A stretch of DNA of 64,000 bases from Candidatus Bathyarchaeota archaeon. Lineage in GTDB: Archaea; Thermoproteota; Bathyarchaeia; Bathyarchaeales; Bathycorpusculaceae. Where the stretch lies: contig CAWAKC010000008.1 in assembly GCA_963782525.1 (NCBI GenBank), positions 26,517 to 90,516 on the forward strand. Direction: 5' to 3'. A model generated the notes under the pieces. It was given only the letters and a program-made list of their open reading frames with translations. It was not told the origin of the DNA and searched no databases. A program made the position numbers and the translations under genes. Every line of letters starts with the position of its first letter. The stretch's first letter is position 1. Of the stretch, positions 28,501 through 37,186 are shown piece by piece.

Positions 28501-30613
28501 TATGCCTTCTCTCCTACGTTCGAATCCTTTTTACTAACTTCCTGGTCAATCTCCTTCCATAGATCTTCTGTGTTTTTACCGTACTTACCCAGGTTACCGT
28601 TCTCTAAAGAGGTACCCCCTTCTTTTTCTTCTTCTTTTTCTTCTAAACTCAATTTATTAATTATATTTTCATTATAGAGGGGGGTACTATTTTTATCGAC
28701 GTTAAAGCAGGTAAGTAGGGTAACATCTGTAAAAGCGTTAGAGATACGGTGTGCATCGTTGAGTTTAGCGGTTGCGTAGAAACCTTTTTTATTCGTTATC
28801 AAGCCTTCATTTTGTAACGCCGAGATTAGCGGTCTCACCTGATTCGTCTCTGCAAGATTAAATTCCATCATGAGATCGTTTCTTGAGAAATGTCCTTTTA
28901 GAGCTATGTAACACAGGATTTTTGATAAATCATCAACAGGGTGTCTTTGTAAAGCTTCCTGCAATTGTATAATCATACATTGAACATCTTGTATCTCGAG
29001 TCGCTCATGCTGTTCTTCTTGAGCTACAATATTTAATCCAGCTTTCGTGTACTCATTCGTTAAAAAACCAACGACCGCCAGCAAGTGATCTCTAAGGATC
29101 TTAATTGTAGAATAGTCTTCAGTTGATAACGTAATATAAGCCATTGCCTCAGATAATCGTGCGAGTTTCCATTTCATGTCCGCACTTACTAAAGGAATAT
29201 CGCTACAACCGAATTGTTTTTGAAACTTTGTAGCTTCTTCTAAGAGAGCGGTTTCAGCTTCTTGAGTCCATTCAACTTTTGCAGTGTTGCCCCAAACCCA
29301 TCGAACCGATTGAGATAAAGCATCGAGAGAATGGTCATACTCGGCTACTTCTGAATTGTTGATTTGTTCGGGTGTTAGGTCTAGAGCGTCACTAAAAGCG
29401 GCTAAATCTAATCTTGCAATAGTTATGTCATCCATCACAGTTTTTAGTGATTGACAGGGATACAAAAAATCCTTAATCCTCTTTGTGCGGAAATCTTTGG
29501 AATCCTCATCTACTGGATTAAAAATTTTTATTTCTCGTGTCCGACAATTCGTTTGGGCTTTACCTGCTTTAGTAACTGTTATAATTCCGCTCCGTTCTGC
29601 TTCTGCCAACGCCGCTAAGTCAGTTTTTGCCAGTTTCTGACATCCGTCTATAGCTACGAGTTTTCGATCGTTTAACGGCAACGCTCCCCAGTCAACTGCC
29701 CAATTACTCTTTTCAAGCTGTACTGCTGTTCCAGTTAATCCAACTGCGCTTGCGGTTTCAGCTGAAATTATCATGCCGATTTGTAACAAGTTTTGTACCT
29801 TTCTTACCATCGCACTCTTGCCTGTTGTTGTATCACCGATTATTGCTGCGTCTCCCCAACCTTTCTGACCTTCTTTTCGAAAGGTGATATGTATTGGCGT
29901 AAAGAACGTTAGTAAGGTTACTCCCGCTATGTTTTTTCGACCGATAATGTGAGAGAAGCGCTCTGTATTTTCCAGTATCCAGTTCCATCTCTCCAATACA
30001 GACTTCCCTTGAAATGTATTCCTCAAATTTTCTAACTTTTCTTTGTCGAATGAGTTGTCATCCTCGGGAAAGCTAACTTCATGCGCTAAAAAAGTTGTAT
30101 TTGAGTATTAGGGTTAGCAATTGGTTTGCCAGTCAGACGGATAAGTGAGCCCGCTTTCAATTCAAGAGGGTTGTCAGATATTATATAGATCTCAAAAGCT
30201 TTGTATTCATAGCCCTTCTCGTCAATTATTCTTTCTTCAGCATTCTGCTTGAGCGAGGAAACTGGTGGTCTAACTCTAACCGTGTAAATGGTTCTGTGCT
30301 CTGTCTCTGAAATGCTTTTTACTCTGGTTTTTGGGCTTAAGTACGCGAGGTTTAGTAATTTTCTGTTCTTCGTTTCGTTTGGTGCGTTGATAAATTCAAC
30401 ATTTAAAGAATCAAAAATCAAAATCTCTCTGAACTCTTGTTCGCCCATATCCCTTTCTTCGTCTTGTTTAATTATAGATATTTGGAATATTTTTGGTACA
30501 GTGTAAGATGCGCCTTGACATGCAATTACCGCATCGACTGTTACTCTTTTGTTGATTAGCGAAGGATTTTCGATATTGTTGATATGCTCTAACTTGAAGA
30601 TATTCGCAGTCAT
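28500..30613 (-). pseudogene. mcm: MCM-like AAA+ replicative helicase (~700 aa), split by a single-base frameshift near 30100
   Basis: Walker A GDTTTGKS, SAVGLTG, WGALPLND, VAIDG, EAERSGIITVTKAG, ARLDL; the N-terminal ORF 30086..30613 joins if one A is added (…TQNTTFLAHE…). Confidence 0.75.
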
Positions 30614-30829
30614 TGTTCATTCACCTTAGTGCGTTGATGGTCTTGATTGTTTTTCCAACTCTTGAGCCAATGCAAACTCGAAGCTTTCCAGTAACAGCTT
30701 CAGGGTGAATTTGTTGCGTAAAATTTATGTGCGAATTATTAAAACTATTAGACGTGAGGAGAAGCCTCCCGAGAGTAAGGACGTTCTGAGGCTATGACGG
30801 ATGGGTTGCTGACTCTTGCTGTCATAGCT

Positions 30830-31030
30830 TCAGACCTTCTTTGTTGTGGTTCGTGTTTTCTCGTAGAGGGGTTTGACGATGATACTGCCGTCATTTAGTT
30901 CCAAGCTGAACGCTTGAATCTGTTTTCTCGCAAGAAGCTCCCAGTCGTGTAGCCACATGAACGGAAACATCACGCCTCGACTTACATCCACTTTGCTAAC
31001 TTGTCGAATTTCGGTCATTTTTGTACGCAC
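30830..31030 (-). CDS. Small protein, possibly an AbrB/SpoVT-like regulator
   Basis: SKVDVSRGVMFP..W...LELNDGSIIVKP pattern; heads the replication operon. Confidence 0.45.
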   Translation of the reverse strand: MRTKMTEIRQVSKVDVSRGVMFPFMWLHDWELLARKQIQAFSLELNDGSIIVKPLYEKTRTTTKKV

Positions 31031-31317
31031 TTGGTTTGTACCTACGTAGTCGAACTTTGTATTTAAATTTTTTAGTTTTTGCGGCTTAATTTATGCCGCA
31101 TTTGGGTAAATAATAACTATTTGGATTTGTAATGCTAAAATAAGCTCTTAAAGTAACTCTTTAAGTCCTCCATAGCTAAGGCACGCAAGAATCTTGGCGA
31201 GTTGATCGATGAGAAGTTGAGATGTAGAGTCATCTTGGTGATAGGTCCGCTTAGTGGTTGACTGATAGTTGATTGCCTTATGGTAAAGACTTGGCTAACT
31301 TAAACGAAATAGCCACA

Positions 31318-31530
31318 CTAAATGCTATAGAACACCAAACTGAGGCGCTATAAAAGGCTGATACACTTAGGATTGACTATATAGAAGCCCCAGTCATGGA
31401 AATTGTGATATAGCAGGAGAGAAATATGACTATAGCACGCCTAAAGAGCTCGAGAGCTCTGCTATAGTGACAGTGAAGGCGCTATAGAACTCGAGCTTTT
31501 GCCATAGTGATGGCTAAGTGCTATAGAACC
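31318..31530. repeat. Iteron-like array of GCTATAG motifs (putative replication origin)
   Basis: Motif variants at 31324, 31347, 31376, 31407, 31429, 31461, 31481, 31501, 31520; the last four are spaced 20/20/19 bp. Confidence 0.6.
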
Positions 31531-32004
31531 TGCTGAGGATGGAGAGAGTAACGTGCGAGTAGCCAGACAAAATGCTCTATGCACAACTCAGAGAAACTTG
31601 GCATTGTTTGGGTTAATCGGCAGAATGTCGCTTTGCCTCGGTGACAAGGATCCGACTGGTTGAGCGCCTAAATCTTCTTCTCAACCTCAATGTAGCTTTG
31701 AAGAAAGGCTTCTCTAGAGTGACGCCATGCTTACATCTGAGATTTTACAAAAATAGCGTCAAGGCATTATCCAGAATGTACAATTGCTCATTGTTAAGCC
31801 TCGCTTGAGTGACTAAGGATCCTTGTTTGTTAGTTCCATACCACTTCTTTTACCTTTATTTACTCCTGATACAACGACAAAGTGATGGGGATAGCTCAGA
31901 TAAATGCTCTGAACAACAGATTTAATCATTTAAGTAAAAGATTAAGTGGGGCTTAGTCCATAATATAACTAATAGTGTCAAAGTCTATGGAGAGGTAGAT
32001 AGAA

Positions 32005-32945
32005 ATGGTAAAAATTTCAGTGGCGACTGCGAGACGAAAGAAAGATCGTGAACGGAATCACTCAAAGAAGAAGCTATGGGCTGGATGGTTGAAGAATAAG
32101 GATCGTCTCGAGCGAAGAGACCACAGTGGCGCTCTTACCAACGAGAAAGTCCAACACATGATTAATCAAATTAGAACTGATGATGTGTACAATCGGTTCG
32201 GGCAAAAGACGTCCTACTCAAAGCTGGATATAGATTCTGCAACAGGAATCAACCTCGACGAGCTCGTAAAACTTAGGGATATTGCGCTGATTTCTTTCAA
32301 CTGGATTTACTTCAAGCGAGCTCGAGAAGTTCTGAGTTTGACTTTTGGAAGCATAGGCATAGCTGAGAACGCTCTATCCGAGACTGAGACTTACAAAGTG
32401 ATGACTGTCTCAGTGAACATCGAGAAGAAACGAAAACGCTATAAAATCTGTCCCAAATGCAAAGTTAAAGACCAGCCTTTAAAGAACAGCCTCAACTCGA
32501 ACTTCTGTAAGAAGTGCGGAAGGAATATCGAGAAAGCTCAAATCATAGAGATCGGAGCCAAACCAGAGCCCAAGACTAAAAGCAAAGACATCACTGAGCA
32601 CTATACTCAATATGTTTTGGAGTGGTACAACAAACTCAAGAGTATGGGTGCTCAAAAGAGTTGGTGGCTATTTCCTAAGTATAATGTGCTTGCTTCAGAT
32701 TCATGTTCACAGGTGAGAGCCCTATCGGTGTAGCTAGGTACGACCAAATTCTGCAAAGGCTGGATCCCACAATGAGTAGCTGTATGTTTCGATATGGCGG
32801 GACCGAGAAGCATTACAGGTTGGGTTATACCTCTCACGAGATCGCTGACATTGGTGATTGGAGCTCAGATGCCCAACCAGAAAGGTATGCGAAAAGGTTG
32901 GGCTTAACTCCGAGTCAACAGAAGTTCTCAAGAGACAAGAGGTGA
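32005..32945 (+). pseudogene. Tyrosine recombinase (catalytic domain with inserted Zn ribbon), frameshifted near 32698
   Basis: RDIALI...KRAREVLSL, CPKC...CKKC insert, WLFP, then SCMFRY, GDWSS, ERYA in the next frame. Confidence 0.7.
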
Positions 32946-32949
32946 TTGA

Positions 32950-33111
32950 ATTATTAACACCTATGAATACAATTCCTATCACTACAAAGAGGGCTCAAGA
33001 TATGCTTCAACTAGGCTGTTGGCTAACGAATTGCACATGACGGAGGAAGAAGTCAAGAAGCTAATCGTGGAATCAAAACGTCTACGGACTACAGTGTTTG
33101 TTCCGAGATGA
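32950..33111 (+). CDS. Small HTH protein (start uncertain)
   Basis: Open frame ...STRLLANELHMTEEEVKKLIVES... directly after the recombinase; no canonical start codon seen. Confidence 0.35.
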   Translation: MINTYEYNSYHYKEGSRYASTRLLANELHMTEEEVKKLIVESKRLRTTVFVPR

Positions 33112-33295
33112 ACAAATCATTCAACAGCCTACTCCGTGAACGACTCAGAGAATGCGAAGAGCCCAGTGATTAATTGGAGATGAAATCAGGTAGGCAGTTA
33201 GTCTTATCTATTTATAGTGTTACCTAAGTCTAAATTGAATTATAAAGTCTTCTTTAAAGTCATTTATCCAATTAATGGGTGAGAAATTAAAGTGA

Positions 33296-33982
33296 CTAAT
33301 CCTCGACCACACCCAATTTCTTGCAAAGAGTCTTCCAATATGCTTTTGCGATTTCAAAATCATCTACACTCTTAATATCCACATGACCAGTGCCTTTCAG
33401 CTCAAAGCGTGCTATTACTTCCTCTGGGAGAGGTTCCAATTTTTCCTTTGCAGTTGATTTAGTTTTAGTTTTTGGATTGGAGTCTTTGTGCGGCTTTTTC
33501 TCTTTATTGCCGCCAGTCATATTTACTTCTCTTACTTTCAAATCATCTGAAATCTCAATTCCAGCCTTTGTTGCTAAGTAACTAAATATAATTGTGGCTT
33601 GAATTGCACTGGATTTTGCAATCTTCGCATTTTCTATGAAATGGTTTGTAATGTCTTTTTTTAGAGCTTTATTCAAGTTTATAGAAGAGAAAACATCAGT
33701 ATAGGCGTCTTTTAATACCTGAGCTAATCTCTGCCGAAATTCCTCTTCTCCTTCTATCATGAGACTGCTAAGTTTTTCAGTACAAGTCCCATCTTCTTCT
33801 ATTAAGCCTAAAAAACGCAAACCAAGTTTCATTTTTGCTTCGTTGTGGGGGGCTATCTCGCTCAGGAATTCTGAATCTACTTTGCTTATTTTTCTTCTCT
33901 TTAGAATGTCAAGGAAAGCCTCATACCATTGAACTGAACCAGAGGCTGGTTTCAATCGAGTCATTTTTACAGGATTAGCCAT
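33296..33982 (-). CDS. DUF5343-like tandem winged-helix protein
   Basis: KVDSEFL...LRFLGLIEEDG..TE...LAQ.LK.AY...F..LA..AGI pattern. Confidence 0.6.
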   Translation of the reverse strand: MANPVKMTRLKPASGSVQWYEAFLDILKRRKISKVDSEFLSEIAPHNEAKMKLGLRFLGLIEEDGTCTEKLSSLMIEGEEEFRQRLAQVLKDAYTDVFSSINLNKALKKDITNHFIENAKIAKSSAIQATIIFSYLATKAGIEISDDLKVREVNMTGGNKEKKPHKDSNPKTKTKSTAKEKLEPLPEEVIARFELKGTGHVDIKSVDDFEIAKAYWKTLCKKLGVVED

Positions 33983-34024
33983 ACTTATCCCTTAGTTTAA
34001 TTTGTATTATTAGGCGAGTTATGC

Positions 34025-35002
34025 TTAAAACTCTTGCTTCTTTTCCTTCCAATACAAATGTATGCTCTTTATCAATGTTGGAACAATGAGCGTTGAAATA
34101 ATAGCTCCTTGAGGAGTGATAACCCACGGGTTGCTTGTTTCTTTATCTGGGTCGTGATGAGCCATGAGTCTAACTCCTCCAACACCATAACAGAGATGCT
34201 TGTGCTTCACTAAAAATTAGGAGCCTCTCTCAGCTTGAATTATGTTAGCATATTGAATTATGCCGTTTCCTTCTGTAATTTTTGCTCCAATATCTTCCCC
34301 AAATTTGAAAAGGAAGTGCTCGAAGATTTGAGTTGCCTTGTTGGCTGAAGTCTTGGGATCCTTTTCATAGTTAACTAATGCATCGGAAAGGTCGTCTATC
34401 TCGATGCCCCTTTCCGTAAGGTACTTGTAAGAAGATGGACTCATGGTTTCAATGAGGAAAATCTTAGCTTGAAGGTCTGCCTTTAGCGCTTTCATTAAGC
34501 TCTCGATGTATTCATTGGGCAAACCCTTCTCTCCCTCTGGGATGGAGAGTTTTCCAGAAGCATCGGAAATAATTAGACCAGTTTGAAGTCCCCAGTTTCT
34601 AAACACTTTCTCAACTCTTTCTTTTGGAGATGACATTCTGAAAATTCCAGCAGTCATTCTCGCTGATTGCTCTGATGAATAACCTTTGCTTAGGAAATCA
34701 AGATAAAGAAGACAAGGTGGATAACTCTGTAGCGCTTGCCTCAATACTAAATGCAGTTGAGATCTTTCTGAACGCTTAATCAAATCTCTGTATTTATCCG
34801 CTGGCAAATATTCGCCGTTTCTTTCGTTAAATAAACCGAGTTGAATACATTCAGCTATTGCATTTGACGTATAAGCCTGATTCTTATCAAAGCTATCCAA
34901 TAATATACTCTTATCAAGAGGGTGAGGCGACGAGGAGACCTCTTTTGCTATATCCATTAGAAATTCAGCGGAAACGTCAAACACGGCAAATTTCATTGAC
35001 AT
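34025..35002 (-). pseudogene. Tandem wHTH + HEPN-like protein interrupted by an in-frame TAA (34217-34219)
   Basis: ORFs 34217..35002 and 34025..34210 share a frame; ANKATQIFE helix before the stop, VRLMAHH (R-x4-H) after it. Confidence 0.55.
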
Positions 35003-35085
35003 ATATTGCTAATTGACCGAAGTACAATAAAAAACCTGTGACCTTAGCGCAAATCTAAATGCCGCCAATGCTAAGGTTAGGAAGG

Positions 35086-36294
35086 CTAAAGTCCTAACTC
35101 TCCTTTGGCTTTGTCCTTTTCCTCTTGCTCTTGCTGATCCCTTTCCACTCTTGCTTTCTGCTCTTTTTGCCAAGCTCGCTCCTGCAAGATTTCCTTAATT
35201 TCGTCGAGGTTATCAAAGATAGGTCCTAAATTGGCAATTTGACCATAAACCTTCCCAAGATCCTCCTCTACGGTGGATAATTCTTTTCTCAAAACTTCGT
35301 TTGTGGTCTCAAGAGAACTTAACCGTTTTTGACTCTCCAACAAAGCATTCTCAAGTTCGATGAGTCTCTTCGCTTTAAGTCCGTTGCTGTTGCCATTGAT
35401 TGATATATCCTTAATTGCCTTGAGATAGACAGTCCTGAGTTGATCTTGAGTTACGTAAGCACCTTCACCTATGGCTTTCCCTACAATCTGCTTCCACTGG
35501 GATTCAGACGAATGTACACTTAGTCTATCTATCAGGAACTTTCTAAGACAGTGAAATCTTACCCTCTTACCATGAATTGTTACTCCTTCAATCTCCATCC
35601 CTGCCTTTTTGCAAAGGTTCTGAAGAATTAAAGACAGGTTGTCCTCTGTATCATCTAAAATCCTCATCTCGTCAGTTTTTAATTTGTTAAGCTCGAGCCA
35701 ATCCTTGACAACTGGGAGAGCATCAGAGTCCAAGAATGGATACGCCTTCTCTGTCTCTTTATTAGTCATAACTTCACCCAAAGCAATAGGCGCCTCATTT
35801 TCTAACTTCGCACTTCTAAAGAAGCCGTAAGTAAAGCGCAAGAAGTCACTGCCTCTTAGCCCAACTGATTTGCCAACAAACAATACGTATTTCTCTTTAA
35901 GGTTAGCATACTTTGACATTCTTTCAATGTCTTCTTTGTCGAAATGATAATCTTGAGTAATTCTCGCTCTTTCTCTTAGCCTCTTAGACTCAGATTGGGT
36001 AAAGTTTAGCTTACATCTATTGTGATGGTAGAATCCTCCTACTGCCCCAAGAGCGGAGCTCGCATAGTTTGTCGATTTGCCGCTTTCGAGAATCCACTTT
36101 CTGAAGAATGCTAAAGATTTCTCAACTTTCCCATCGTTTGAGTGGGCTAACTTTTCCTCAATCAATTGTTGTCCAGTCTTTCCCGACCACTCAAGATAGA
36201 GCTTAAGAAAAGTCTTATAGCAGTTTTTTGTTGCTTGTCTTTCAATAGAATCAAGAAACTCTTTAATAACAGGATCAGTTATCTGGTAAACCAA
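35086..36294 (-). CDS. int: Tyrosine recombinase / integrase of element 1
   Basis: N-terminal core-binding-like region, GLRGSD, K, FHCLRKF, VGK, GAY; C-terminal coiled coil; adjacent to attR. Confidence 0.9.
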   Translation of the reverse strand: MVYQITDPVIKEFLDSIERQATKNCYKTFLKLYLEWSGKTGQQLIEEKLAHSNDGKVEKSLAFFRKWILESGKSTNYASSALGAVGGFYHHNRCKLNFTQSESKRLRERARITQDYHFDKEDIERMSKYANLKEKYVLFVGKSVGLRGSDFLRFTYGFFRSAKLENEAPIALGEVMTNKETEKAYPFLDSDALPVVKDWLELNKLKTDEMRILDDTEDNLSLILQNLCKKAGMEIEGVTIHGKRVRFHCLRKFLIDRLSVHSSESQWKQIVGKAIGEGAYVTQDQLRTVYLKAIKDISINGNSNGLKAKRLIELENALLESQKRLSSLETTNEVLRKELSTVEEDLGKVYGQIANLGPIFDNLDEIKEILQERAWQKEQKARVERDQQEQEEKDKAKGELGL

Positions 36295-36310
36295 ACCAAT
36301 ATCTCTCCGA

Positions 36311-36343
36311 TAAGACTTAAGTCCAGAAGAAATTTAAGTCTTA
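36311..36343. promoter_or_regulatory. Perfect 10-bp inverted repeat over the integrase promoter
   Basis: TAAGACTTAA-N13-TTAAGTCTTA. Confidence 0.55.
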
Positions 36344-36353
36344 CCCAAAAAAG

Positions 36354-36381
36354 ATATGGGATAAGTAAGAACAAAATATAC
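36354..36381. repeat. attR-like site
   Basis: ATATGGGATAA-GTAAGA-ACAAAATATAC; core TAAGTAAGA at 36362-36370. Confidence 0.7.
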
Positions 36382-36401
36382 ACAGCAAGGATTAGATTCA
36401 C

Positions 36402-36713
36402 ATGACACCTGTTGTTCAGCTTTACTGGTTAAGAGTTGTATTAGGTATAGTTGCAGGCGCAGTAACAGCGTTCATATTTGCTTTTTTCGGCGGCAAGGCT
36501 GCATTGTTAGACTTAACTACCCTCTTAAACAGCATCACCGCTGCATTACTCATCTACTTTGTAACCTACTACATCCTTAGAGGTTACTACAAGAATAAAA
36601 TAGAGAAGCAATCGAAAATCCTAAGTACAGCCATAGGCATGTACTTCTTTGCTTGGCTATCCTTCTTTGTCCTATTCTACACAATATTCGCTAGTGCCCT
36701 TGGTTTCGCATAA
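36402..36713 (+). CDS. Small 3-TM archaeal membrane protein
   Basis: Three hydrophobic helices; host-like gene next to attR. Confidence 0.75.
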   Translation: MTPVVQLYWLRVVLGIVAGAVTAFIFAFFGGKAALLDLTTLLNSITAALLIYFVTYYILRGYYKNKIEKQSKILSTAIGMYFFAWLSFFVLFYTIFASALGFA

Positions 36714-36719
36714 GAAAAT

Positions 36720-37184
36720 TTATTCTTCTTCTTTATTGGGCTGTTTCTTCAGAAAATTCGCTATTGTCGCCTGACTCTTGTCGGTTCTGAGGGTTTCGAT
36801 TTTTTCTTCTCCAGCAGCTTTGCCGTTCTGGGGCGCTGGAACATCCATGCGCGCAATGATGCGCATGCAGTCTGCCCAAGCTGAGAAGTATCCGCGGTCA
36901 AAATCCCCGTGCAAACCGTTGCCCATGTGCTCGAGGAATTCTTTTCGGTAAGCATGCAGGTTTACTTTATCGGAGAAATCTACTTTGGAAAAGAATGCGT
37001 AGTCGTCAGTGGCGCTGTTCTTGCGTGAGAGGTACATTCCGTAGAGTGCACGAAAGTATCCTCTGTTCCATTCGGTCTTCTGCATTTTCTGTTTAACTCG
37101 TTCCAACTCACGTTCAGCTTCCGCGAATTGTCTGCTAACTATGAGTTGAAAGTACCTTGTTACTAGGGCTTGTGAAATCGGCAT
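36720..37184 (-). CDS. Hypothetical protein co-oriented with radA
   Basis: Starts 2 bp after the radA stop; W.RGY..AL.G and FDRGYF.AW motifs; PIP-like QATIANFL near the C-terminus. Confidence 0.75.
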   Translation of the reverse strand: MPISQALVTRYFQLIVSRQFAEAERELERVKQKMQKTEWNRGYFRALYGMYLSRKNSATDDYAFFSKVDFSDKVNLHAYRKEFLEHMGNGLHGDFDRGYFSAWADCMRIIARMDVPAPQNGKAAGEEKIETLRTDKSQATIANFLKKQPNKEEE

Positions 37185-37186
37185 AC

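Larger units (their letters stand above)
24253..36370. mobile_element. Integrated ~12.1 kb plasmid/virus-like element (tyrosine integrase, MCM helicase, HEPN cargo)
   Basis: 9-bp direct repeats TAAGTAAGA at both ends; imperfect terminal inverted arms; integrase at the right end; no housekeeping genes inside. Confidence 0.8.

Noticed and set aside
31318-31530. CRISPR array
   Set aside because: Repeats are only ~7-16 bp and degenerate, spacing is 19-32 bp, and there are no cas genes in the window.
31600-31845. Minus-strand ORF in the element's non-coding gap
   Set aside because: Needs a frameshift and a stop read-through; no recognisable product.
32440-32530. TnpB/IS200-IS605 nuclease suggested by the CxxC...CxxC ribbon
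   Set aside because: No RuvC motifs; the flanking sequence fits a tyrosine recombinase.
33982-33991. Inverted 10-bp copy (GGGATAAGTA) of attR that could define an invertible segment
   Set aside because: It coincides with the ribosome-binding region of the DUF5343-like gene and lacks the full spacer and second arm.
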